Shown here in pieces: positions 51,055 to 59,789 of a stretch of DNA of 64,000 nucleotides. This stretch comes from Candidatus Eiseniibacteriota bacterium (GTDB lineage: Bacteria > Eisenbacteria > RBG-16-71-46). Location: NCBI GenBank assembly GCA_963776245.1, contig CAVZLN010000007.1, positions 64,001-128,000 on the forward strand, given 5' to 3'. The notes under the pieces were generated by a model that saw nothing but the letters and a program-made list of their open reading frames with translations, was not told where the DNA came from and searched no databases. Positions within the stretch are counted from its first letter, which is position 1. Each line of letters starts with the position of its first letter. The position numbers were made by a program, and so were the translations under genes.

Positions 51055-53482
51055 CGCTCTCTCAGTCGACCGCCGCAGTCCTTCTCGACGGCCGCACCAT
51101 GCGAGCCTGGATGTCCTGGACCTCGGCCTCCGTGAGCGTGCGCTCCGGATGCTGGAACTGCAGCGCGAACGCCAGGCTCTTCATGCCCTGCGGAGTGCCG
51201 GGGCCATCGTACACGTCGAACAGTTCCAGCGAGCGCAGCGCTCGCCCGCCGCCGCGGCGAGCGCGCGATGCACCTCGCGTGCGTCGCGGTCTCGCGGGAC
51301 GAAGAACGCGAGATCGCGACGCACCGGCGGGAAACGCGCCCGGGAGCGTGACGCCGGACCGGTCTCGCCGCGGCGGGCGACCAGCGGATCGAGCAGCGCC
51401 ACGAAGAGTGGACCGGGACCTCGATCTCCCACTCGCGGAGCAGCGGCTGGCCCAGCGTCCCGGCCCATGCGATGCGTGAAGTACCGACCGCAACTTCCGC
51501 ACTGGCACCGGGTTTCCAACCGGCCGCAGGATAGGCTCGCCATTCCGGCATGTCAACGCCCATCTCGTCGAGCCAGGCCTCCCAGAGCCCCTTGGCGTCG
51601 ATCGAGAGTCCACCGCCTGCTGCGACGGCGTCGTGCGCGTGCGCGCAAGCGCGCGCCGGTCACGACGCGCGACGAGCATCAGGCGCTCCTCGGGCAGCCC
51701 CTCGCCCGCCGTCGCGGAAGCCCGCGCCGACCTCGAACAGCCGCACCGCGGGCGCGCCCTGCCGCAGGTTGTGCGCGCACGCGCGCAGCAGTCCCGGCAC
51801 CAGGTTGGGACGCAGCACCTCGCTCTCGCGGCTCATCGGGTTGGCGAGCCGCACCAGCGCCGCGGGGCCTCGCCGGGAGCGCGGCGGCACGCGAGCGCCT
51901 CGCGCTCGGAGACCAGCGAGGCGGTCCACGCCTCGCTGAGGCCCCGCGCCAGCATCGCCTCGCGCGCCCGCTCGCACGGTGCGCTCGCGCGGCGTGCGCG
52001 CGGGCGTACACGCCCGTGCGTCTCGAGCGGCGCCTCGGGGATGCGGTCGTAGCCGTGCGCGCGCGCCACCTCCTCGACCAGGTCGTCCTCGAGCGTGACG
52101 TCGAGCCGCCACGACGGCACCGTGACCCGCAGCGGGTCGCTCGCCTCGACCCCGAACTCGAGCGCCTCAGCAGGTGGCGCAGGGCCTGGGGAGCGGCGAG
52201 GCTCACGCCGACCAGCCGCGCGAAGCGCGACATGCGCAGCGTGAGCGTGCGGCGCTTGCCGTCGAGGTGATTGCGCTCGCGCGCGGCGGCTCGAGCCGCG
52301 CATCCGGCATGAGCTCGCGCAGCAGCGCGAGGAAGCGCGCGGCCGCGGTGGAGGTGACGTCGGGATCCACGCCGCGCTCGTAGCGCTTGGAGGCCTCGGT
52401 GGTGAGGCCGAGCGCGCGCGCGCTCGCGGCGCACGCGCTGCGGCTTGAACCAGGCGCACTCGAGCAGCAGGCGCTGGCGTGGCGGCGCTCACCTCGCTGT
52501 CGGCGCCGCCCATCACGCCGGCGACCGCGACCGGACGCTGGCGGTCGGCGATCACCAGCACCTCGGGAGTGAGCGCGCGCTCCTTGCCGTCGAGCGTGGT
52601 GAGGCGCTCGCCCTCGGCCGCGCGACGGACGCGGATCGCGGGGCCGGCGAGCCGGTCGAGGTCGAACGCGTGCACCGGCTGGCCGAACTCGAACAGCACC
52701 AGGTTGGTGAGGTCGACGACGTTGTTGATCGAGCGCTGACCCATGGCCTCGAGGCGGCGCACGATCCACGCCGGGGACGGACCGACCGTCACGCCCTCGA
52801 CCGCCTGCGCGATGTAGCGCGGGCAGCCGTCGCTGTCCTCCAGCTCGAGGTCGAGGTCGGCGCGCCCGCTCCAGCGCGCCTTGAGGCGCGCGGAGGCGGC
52901 CGGGGTCCAACGGCCGCCGAGCGCGGCCTTGACCTCGCGCGCCAGTCCCACCACGCCGAGACCATCGGGGCGGTTGAACGGCACCTCGATCTCGAGCAGG
53001 GTGTCGGGCGGGCCGAACAGGTCGTCCAGCGCGCCGCCGATGACCAGCCCCGCCTCGCCCCCGCGCAGCGCGGCCAGGTCCACGATCCCGCTGTGGTCGT
53101 CGGAGAGCGCGAGCTCGTCGGCCGAGCACAGCATGCCCTGGCTCTCCTCGCCGCGGATCTTCGACTTCTTGATGGTGAGGCCGTTGGGGAGCTTCGCCCC
53201 CACCGTCGCCAGCGGCGCGATCATGCCGGCGCGCACGTTGGGGGCGCCGCACACCACGCGCAGCTCGCCCGCGCCGGAGTCCACGCGGCAGAGCGAGAGC
53301 TTGTCGGCGTTCGGATGCCGGGCGACGTCGAGCACGCGCGCCACGACGACGCCGGGGTAGGCATGCCCGTGCGACTCGATGCCTTCGACGTAGAAGCCGC
53401 GCCGGGTCAGCGCGTCCGCCACCGCCTCGGGCGTGGCGTCCGTCTCGACCCAGTCACGCAGCCAGGAGATCGGGAGTCTCAT
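51051..53482 (-). CDS. pheT: phenylalanine--tRNA ligase beta subunit (many frameshifts in 51060-52480)
   Basis: ISWLRDWV, HPNADKL, VCGAPN, IRGEESQGMLCS, NRPD, FGQPVHAFD, VPSWRLD...DLVEEVAR, RRDLAFFV, LFDVY...KSLAF...RTLT. Confidence 0.92.
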
Positions 53483-53518
53483 GCGCTCTCTCGTGGCGCG
53501 CGGCACCCGCGCGCCGGG

Positions 53519-54661
53519 TCAGAACTGATGCAGGAAGCGGAGGTCGTTCTCGAGGAACAGACGGATCTCGGGGACGCCGTAGCGCAGCATCGCGATGCGT
53601 TCGAGGCCCATGCCGAAGGCGAACCCGGTGACCTTCTCCGGATCGTAGCCGACCGCGCGGAAGACGTTCGGGTGCACCATGCCGGCGCCCAGCACCTCGA
53701 GCCAGCCGGAGCCCTTGCACACCACGCAGCGGCGCTCGCCCGCCGGGGTGCGCTGGCGGCCATCGCCGCCGCAGATCACGCACGAGACGTCCATCTGGCA
53801 GCCGGGCTCGACGAACGGGAAGTAGATCGGGATCAGCCGCGTCTTCACGTGCGTGCCGTAGATGTGGCGCGCGAAGGTGTCGAGCGTGCTCTTGAGGTCG
53901 GCCATGGACACGTTCGAGTCGACGAACAGCCCGTCGATCTGGTGGAACTGGTCCATGTGGCTGGCATCCACCTGCTCGGCCCGGTAGACGCGCCCCGGGA
54001 ACACCAGCCGCAGCGGCGGCTCCGCCCCTTCCATCGCGCGCACCCAGCCGGGCGAGGTGTGGGTGCGCAGCACCACCTTCGGATCGACGAAGTAGGTGTC
54101 GTGCGCGTCGCGCGCCGGATGGTCGGGGGCGAAATTGAGCTTGCCGAAGTTGTAGTCGTCCCACTCGACCTCGGGACTGGTGTAGACCGAGTAGCCGAGC
54201 CCGTGGAACAGGTCGAGCAGGTCGTCGCGCACCTGCGCGAGCACGTGCCGGTGCCCGACCCAGGGCCGCCGGCCGGGCAGCGTCACGTCGGGCGTGTCGC
54301 GCGTCTCGGAGGCGTGCTCGAGCGCGGACTTCCGCGCGGCCGCGACCTCCTCGAGGAGGCGCTTGGCGAGGTTCAGGCCCTTGCCGCGCCGCTTGCGCTC
54401 GTCGAGTGGGAGCGACGGCAGCTGGCCGAGCGCGAGCGTGAGCGCGCCGCGCTCGCGGCCGAGCACGGCGACCAGTCGCGCGGCGAGCTCCGTGCTGTCG
54501 GCGGCGCCGGCCAGGCGCTCGCTCCAGGCGAGCGCCGCGTGCGCGAGACCGTCGTCGGTCGCGCGCAGCACGGCCAGCCGCTCGTTCCAGTCCGCCAGCA
54601 GAGGCCCCGGGTCGGCCGTTCCCCACTGGGGCTCGAGGCCGCTGAGCAGCTCATCGGCCAT
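53519..54661 (-). CDS. pheS: phenylalanine--tRNA ligase alpha subunit
   Basis: DVTLPG, HPARDAHDTYF, LRTHTSP, GRVYR, FHQIDG, YFPFVEP, WLEVLGAGMVHP, GFAFGMGLERIAML. Confidence 0.97.
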   Translation of the reverse strand: MADELLSGLEPQWGTADPGPLLADWNERLAVLRATDDGLAHAALAWSERLAGAADSTELAARLVAVLGRERGALTLALGQLPSLPLDERKRRGKGLNLAKRLLEEVAAARKSALEHASETRDTPDVTLPGRRPWVGHRHVLAQVRDDLLDLFHGLGYSVYTSPEVEWDDYNFGKLNFAPDHPARDAHDTYFVDPKVVLRTHTSPGWVRAMEGAEPPLRLVFPGRVYRAEQVDASHMDQFHQIDGLFVDSNVSMADLKSTLDTFARHIYGTHVKTRLIPIYFPFVEPGCQMDVSCVICGGDGRQRTPAGERRCVVCKGSGWLEVLGAGMVHPNVFRAVGYDPEKVTGFAFGMGLERIAMLRYGVPEIRLFLENDLRFLHQF

Positions 54662-54665
54662 GGCG

Positions 54666-55022
54666 CTACACCACCGCCGACTTCGCCACCTCCGCGAGCT
54701 TCGCGAACGCACCCGCATCACGCACGGCGAGGTCGGCGAGCAGCTTGCGGTTGACGTCCACGTTGGCCCGCTTGAGGCCGGCGATGAGCGTGCTGTACGA
54801 CAGCCCGTTGATGCGCGCGGCGGCGTTGATGCGGACGATCCAGAGGCGGCGGAAGTCCCGCTTCTTGAGGCGTCGGTGCTCGTACGCGAACTGCCCGGCG
54901 CGCTGCACGGTCTGCAGGGCGGTCTTGTAGAGCTTGCGGCGGCCGCTGAAGTTCCCCTTCGCGGCCTTCAGCACCTTCTTCCGTCGGGCGCGTCCGGGGA
55001 CTACGGTCTTTGCGCGTGGCAT
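54666..55022 (-). CDS. rplT: 50S ribosomal protein L20
   Basis: [42 protein letters not shown]. Confidence 0.98.
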   Translation of the reverse strand: MPRAKTVVPGRARRKKVLKAAKGNFSGRRKLYKTALQTVQRAGQFAYEHRRLKKRDFRRLWIVRINAAARINGLSYSTLIAGLKRANVDVNRKLLADLAVRDAGAFAKLAEVAKSAVV

Positions 55023-55096
55023 CGGAATGGACCTCCATGCCCGGCGCGCCGATCAGTGCGGGCGCGTCGCGGGGCGAATGTTCGTCGGGTTCTGGG

Positions 55097-55294
55097 CTAT
55101 CGCTTGCCGAGCATGCGCAGCACGCGGTCCTGGTCGGCCGGCGCCAGGACCCGGGTGCCGACGAGCTTGCGCTTCTTGCGGCGCGTCTTGCTGATCATGC
55201 CGTGGCGCAGATTCGCGTGCCCGCTCACGGCCTTGCCGGTCGCGGTCACCTTGAATCGCTTGGCCGCGGCGCGGTTGGTCTTCATCTTGGGCAT
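55097..55294 (-). CDS. rpmI: 50S ribosomal protein L35
   Basis: MPKMKTNRAAAKRFKVTATGK. Confidence 0.97.
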   Translation of the reverse strand: MPKMKTNRAAAKRFKVTATGKAVSGHANLRHGMISKTRRKKRKLVGTRVLAPADQDRVLRMLGKR

Positions 55295-55298
55295 CCGG

Positions 55299-55922
55299 TC
55301 ACTCCTTCACTGCGCCGTGCGGCGCAGGCGCCGCGGCGGAAGCGATCTCGGGCTTGCCGCCCGGACTCGCGTGGGTCTCGGACTTGCCGCCGCCGCTCTT
55401 CCCGGGCTTGGGCATCAGCACCGCGTTGAGAGTGCGACCCTCGGAGCGCGGCGGGGACTCCACCAGCGCCACGTCGGCCAGCTCGGCGATCGCCTTCTGG
55501 ATGAGCGCGTACCCGAGTTCCTGGTGCGCCATCTCGCGCCCGCGGAACGTGACCGTGACCTTCACCTTGTCGCGCTCCTCGAGGAAGGTGCGCGCATGGC
55601 GGATCTTGAAGTCGTAGTCGTGGTCGTCGATCTTGGGGCGCATCTTCACTTCCTTGAGCTGCATCTGGTGCTGCTTCTTCTTGGCCTGGCGCGCGCGGCG
55701 GTTCTGCTCGTACTTGTACTTCCCGTAGTCCATGATGCGGCAGACGGGCGGTCGCGCGGTGGGCGACACCTCCACCAGATCGAGACCCTTGGACTGTGCG
55801 AGGACGAGCGCGTCGCGCACCGGGAGCACGCCGACCTGAGCGCCGTCGTCCCCGATCACGCGGACCTGGGGGACGCGGATGCGCTCATTCACGCGCACTT
55901 CAGGCTGCTTCATCACCGAAAT
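55299..55922 (-). CDS. infC: translation initiation factor IF-3 (ATT start)
   Basis: RVNERIR, LDLVEV, PPVCRIMDYGKYKYE, KEVKMRPKIDDHDY, FRGRE; GGAGGT-N6-ATT start. Confidence 0.96.
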   Translation of the reverse strand: MSVMKQPEVRVNERIRVPQVRVIGDDGAQVGVLPVRDALVLAQSKGLDLVEVSPTARPPVCRIMDYGKYKYEQNRRARQAKKKQHQMQLKEVKMRPKIDDHDYDFKIRHARTFLEERDKVKVTVTFRGREMAHQELGYALIQKAIAELADVALVESPPRSEGRTLNAVLMPKPGKSGGGKSETHASPGGKPEIASAAAPAPHGAVKE

Positions 55923-56143
55923 GGCTGCACCTCCGATCCAGACGTCCGAACTCGTGCCCGGTCGCGGGTGGCGCACCACCAAAACGCGAACGCCGGGCGG
56001 GTCCTCCAAGCGGAAGGCCCCACCCGGCGTCGGCCGAAGCGAGCGAGCACGCGCCGATGTCGCGGTGGCGCGTGGCCAGGACCCTTGAGCAGGACCGTGA
56101 AGGTCCGCGGGGGTGAGAAGCACAGGGCTTCTGCTTGGAAACT
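55923..56143 (-). ncRNA. L20 leader (ribosomal protein autoregulatory RNA) upstream of infC-rpmI-rplT
   Basis: 5' hairpin AAGCAGAAGC-CCTGT-GCTTCTCACC resembles the start of the L20_leader family; about 220-nt leader before infC. Confidence 0.6.
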
Positions 56144-56150
56144 GGCCGGT

Positions 56151-56179
56151 ACTCTAGAGGAGGGCCCGGCCGGACGCAA
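56151..56179 (-). promoter_or_regulatory. sigma70 promoter for the infC operon
   Basis: TTGCGT-N17-TAGAGT just upstream of the L20-leader-like motif. Confidence 0.55.
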
Positions 56180-56319
56180 GCGGCGTCTGGGCCCGGCTCC
56201 GGACCCCGGTTGACAACCCCGGCTCGCGGCGGTGCATCCTACCGCCCGTGCCGGTCGCGGCGGCTCCCCGTGAGTCCGCGCGACCCGAGTCAGGGGGAAC
56301 CCCACCACCAGGAGGCTTC

Positions 56320-56970
56320 ATGCGCAAGCTCATCGCCCTCTCCTTGCTGGCGCTGCTCGTCAGCGCCCCGGCAGCTTCCGCACTCGAGGCCGGCGATGGC
56401 TTGTACGCCATCCAGGTCACCAACGGCATCGCGGACCTCCACGGGCTGCTCGATGGCAACAAGTACATCACCGCCTACGATCACTCCGAAGTCGGCGTCG
56501 GGTTCCAGTACTGGCGGCTCATGTCGAAGGACTACGCCTTCACGCTGGCGGCCGGCCTCGGCTACTTCAGCGAGACCGACAAGCCGGGCACCGGGGCCCC
56601 CGCGGGCTCGACCGACTTCAAGTACACCCAGGACTCGTGGAGCGTCCGGGTGGGCGGCGACCGCGTGGTGCAGGTCGGCGAACGCGGCATCGTCTACTTC
56701 GGTCCGGGCCTCGAATACTGGACCGGCAAGGCCAAGTTCGCCGGCGGCGCCGCGGGCGGGCCCTTCGCCACCGCCGTCGAGACCGAGGCCGTGACGCGCA
56801 TCGGGATCTCGGGTCGGGTCGGCGGGATCATGATGCTCACCGACCGGGTGGGCTTCAACTGCCAGGTCGGCCGCTACGTCGGCTACGCCTCCGCCACCGA
56901 GAAGGGCGCCAAGGCCACCTGGTGGCCGAGCGGCTTCCAGGGCTCGGGCGGCCTGGTGTTCAAGTTCTGA
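56320..56970 (+). CDS. outer membrane beta-barrel protein
   Basis: GGAGG RBS, signal peptide ASA-L, amphipathic strands, terminal Phe (GGLVFKF). Confidence 0.7.
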   Translation: MRKLIALSLLALLVSAPAASALEAGDGLYAIQVTNGIADLHGLLDGNKYITAYDHSEVGVGFQYWRLMSKDYAFTLAAGLGYFSETDKPGTGAPAGSTDFKYTQDSWSVRVGGDRVVQVGERGIVYFGPGLEYWTGKAKFAGGAAGGPFATAVETEAVTRIGISGRVGGIMMLTDRVGFNCQVGRYVGYASATEKGAKATWWPSGFQGSGGLVFKF

Positions 56971-57029
56971 CGACGCCCGCGGTCCACCCGGTCCCGACGG
57001 GAGCGCGGACCACGGTCCCGCGCACGAGG

Positions 57030-57800
57030 GTGCCCCGGTTCGCGCTCGTCCTCGCGCTCGTCGGCGTGATGGCGTCGCCGGCGCTGGCTCGCGCGCTGGC
57101 CGCGGACTCGAGCGCGTCGCGACCGGACAGCCTCCCCCGGCTCCCGGGGTTCACCATCGTGCGCGTGCCCGCGGGCGGCGATCCCCTCGAGGCGCGGGAC
57201 AGCAGCGCCCGGCGCCCCGCGGCGGCGCGGCCCGCGAAGGACGGCGCGTCCGCACCCGGGCAGCGCATCTTCCTCTTCGCCGGGCTCGGCTTCCCGCTCG
57301 CGCCGTCCTCGTTCACCCGCCAGTGGGATCCGGGCGGCGCGTTCGGCGCCGGCATGGATCTGCTCCTCGAGCCGCGCTTCGGCGTGCGCCTGCGGGGCGA
57401 GTGGGCGCAGCTGCCGTTCGACGGACGGCGCTTCCTCAAGCAGGTGAATCGCTATGGCACCGGCGCGATCGTCGAGGGCGGCGCCGCGAGCGTGGTCCTG
57501 GTCGCGGCGTTGTTGCGCTTCCAGACGCGCGCCACGTGGCCGGGGTTCGCCATCGAGGGGGGCCCGGGCGCGGGCATGTTCCGCAGCGCGGACGCGCTGT
57601 TCTACGACCCGGTGACCGCGCAGTTGTTCGAGAACCCGGGCGACCAGCGCTACGGCGGCGGCGCGAGCGCGGGCGTGGGTGTGCAGTTCCTGCGCCGCGA
57701 CGGCAGCGGCCTGTTCGCCGATCTGCACTGGAGCGCGCTCTACACCGGCGGCCGTCCGGTGCAGTACATCCCGTTCGCGGTCGGGGTCATCTTCCCGTAG
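57030..57800 (+). CDS. putative outer membrane beta-barrel protein
   Basis: Signal peptide ALA, Gly/aromatic strands, ends [14 protein letters not shown] start inferred. Confidence 0.55.
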   Translation: MPRFALVLALVGVMASPALARALAADSSASRPDSLPRLPGFTIVRVPAGGDPLEARDSSARRPAAARPAKDGASAPGQRIFLFAGLGFPLAPSSFTRQWDPGGAFGAGMDLLLEPRFGVRLRGEWAQLPFDGRRFLKQVNRYGTGAIVEGGAASVVLVAALLRFQTRATWPGFAIEGGPGAGMFRSADALFYDPVTAQLFENPGDQRYGGGASAGVGVQFLRRDGSGLFADLHWSALYTGGRPVQYIPFAVGVIFP

Positions 57801-57818
57801 CGGCCGCGCGGTGGCCGG

Positions 57819-59599
57819 CTACCTCCGCCGTTCGCGCGTCTCCTGCTGCACCCGCGCCAGGAACTCCTCGCGCGACATCGCCGGCAGCTGCCCCTCGCCC
57901 TTGCGCCGCGGCGCCACCGTGCCGGCCTCGGCCTCGCGCGGCCCGACCACCAGCATGTACGGGATCTTCTGGAGCTCGGCGTCGCGGATCTTGGCGCCCA
58001 TCTTCTCGTCGCGCATGTCGGTCTCGACGCGCACCCCGCCCGCCTTGAGCAGCTCGGCGGTGGAGGTGGCGTAGTCGAACGCCTTCGGGTTGGCCGGGAT
58101 CACCATCACCTGCACCGGCGCGACCCACACCGGGAACTCGCCGCCGGTGTGCTCGATGAAGATGCCGACGAAGCGCTCGAGCGAACCGTAGAGCGCGCGA
58201 TGGAGCATCACGACCTCGTGGTCCTGGCCGTCGGGGCCGGTGTAGTGCACGCCGAAGCGCTTGGGCAGGTTGAGGTCCACCTGGATGGTCGGGCACTGCC
58301 ACTCGCGGCCGAGCGCGTCGCGCAGCTTGACGTCGATCTTGGGCGCGTAGAATGCGCCGCCGCCCTCGTCCACCTCGTACGGCAGGCCGCGCCGCTCGAG
58401 CGCCTGGCGGAGCGCTTCGGTCGCGAAGCTCCCACTCCTCGTCGCTGCCGATGTACTTGTCCTTCGGGCGGGTGGCGAGGTAGCACACGTACTCGTACCC
58501 GAAGGTGCGGAGCAGGAAGTCCATCAGGTCGAGGATGCCCGCGACCTCGTCGGCGAGCTGCTCGCGGGTGCAGAAGATGTGCGAGTCGTCCTGGGTGAAC
58601 CCGCGCACGCGCTCCATGCCGTGCAGCACGCCCGAGCGCTCGTAGCGGTAGACGGTGCCCAGCTCGGCGTAGCGCAGGGGCAGCTCGCGGTACGAGTGCT
58701 TGCGGGTGTTGTAGATCATGATGTGCCCGGGGCAGTTCATCGGCTTGACCCGGTAGGGCTGCCCGTCGATCTCCATCGGCGCGTACATCAGGTCGGCGTA
58801 GTTCACCAGGTGGCCCGAGATCTCGTAGAGCTTCTCGCTCGCGATGTGCGGCGTGTACACGAGCTGGTAGCCGCGCTTCAGGTGCTCGTCCTTCCAGAAG
58901 CCCTCGATCACGTGACGCAGCATGCCGCCCCGGGGGTGCCAGTGGATGAGCCCGGCCCCGACCTCCTCGTGGACCGAGTAGAGGTCGAGCTCCTTCCCCA
59001 GCCGACGGTGGTCGCGCTTGAGCGACTCCTCGATCAGCGCGAGGTGCGCGGTCGAGTTCCTCGGGAGTGGCGAACGCGGTGCCGTAGATGCGCTGGAGCA
59101 TCTCGTAGCGCTCGCTGCCGAGCCAGTACGCGCCGGCGACGTGCGTGAGCTTGACCGCCCGCAGCCGGCCGGTGCTCTCCACGTGCGGGCCGCGGCACAG
59201 GTCGAGGAACGGGCCGTTGCGGTAGTAGGTGACCTTGGCGCCCTCGGGGATCTGGGTGATGAAGTGCAGCTTGTACTTCTCGTTGGCCGCGGAGAAACGC
59301 TGGTGCGCCTCCTCGCGGGTGGTCTCGACGTACTCGAAGGGCTGGTCCGCGGCGATGATCTCGCGCATCTTCGCCTCGATGCGCTCGAGGTCCTCGGGCG
59401 TGAACGGGGTCTCCTTGGCGAAGTCGTAGTAGAAGCCGCTGTCGATCGGCGGGCCGCCGGCCACCCTCACCTCGGGGAACAGTTCCACGACCGCGGTCGC
59501 GAGCACGTGCGCGGCCGAGTGGCGCAACTTGTAGAGCGCCTCGCCCCCGGGATACTGGGAGAGGTCGGGGCCCGAGGAGGACGCGGAGGCCATGGACAT
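57819..59599 (-). CDS. thrS: threonine--tRNA ligase (frameshifts near 59050 and 58430)
   Basis: [81 protein letters not shown]. Confidence 0.95.
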
Positions 59600-59620
59600 G
59601 ACGGGTTCCCTTCAATGAAA

Positions 59621-59671
59621 CGCGGGGCGGCATGCCGGGACGACGGTTCCCTGCGGCGTGCGCGCCCCGCG
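59621..59671 (-). promoter_or_regulatory. hairpin between tRNA-Val and thrS with anticodon-like loop (candidate operator or processing stem)
   Basis: CGCGGGGCG...GGGA-ACCGUCG-UCCC...CGCCCCGCG directly before the thrS SD-like GAAGGG. Confidence 0.45.
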
Positions 59672-59675
59672 AAGA

Positions 59676-59752
59676 TGGTGGGGGATACTGGACTTGAACC
59701 AGTGACCCCTTGCTTGTCGAGCAAGTGCTCTAGCCAGCTGAGCTAATCCCCC
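59676..59752 (-). tRNA. tRNA-Val(GAC)
   Basis: GGGGGATTAGCTCAGCTGGCTAGAGCA-CTTGC-TCGACAA-GCAAG-GGGTCACTGGTTCAAGTCCAGTATCCCCCA-CCA, 77 nt. Confidence 0.95.
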
Positions 59753-59789
59753 GCGAATCGCGGATGAAACCGCAGGCGACGGCGCGCTG

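Noticed and set aside
48511..53482. rny, zapA, zapB and pheT as pseudogenes
   Set aside because: pheT is essential, motifs are intact and indels cluster regionally, so sequencing error is more parsimonious
53700..53790. CxxC...CxxC insert in PheS as a novelty
   Set aside because: This Zn-knuckle-like insert is common in PheS from many bacteria
56210..56240. Perfect TTGACA upstream of the OMP gene at 56320
   Set aside because: No convincing -10 element at 16-18 nt spacing, so it was not called as a promoter
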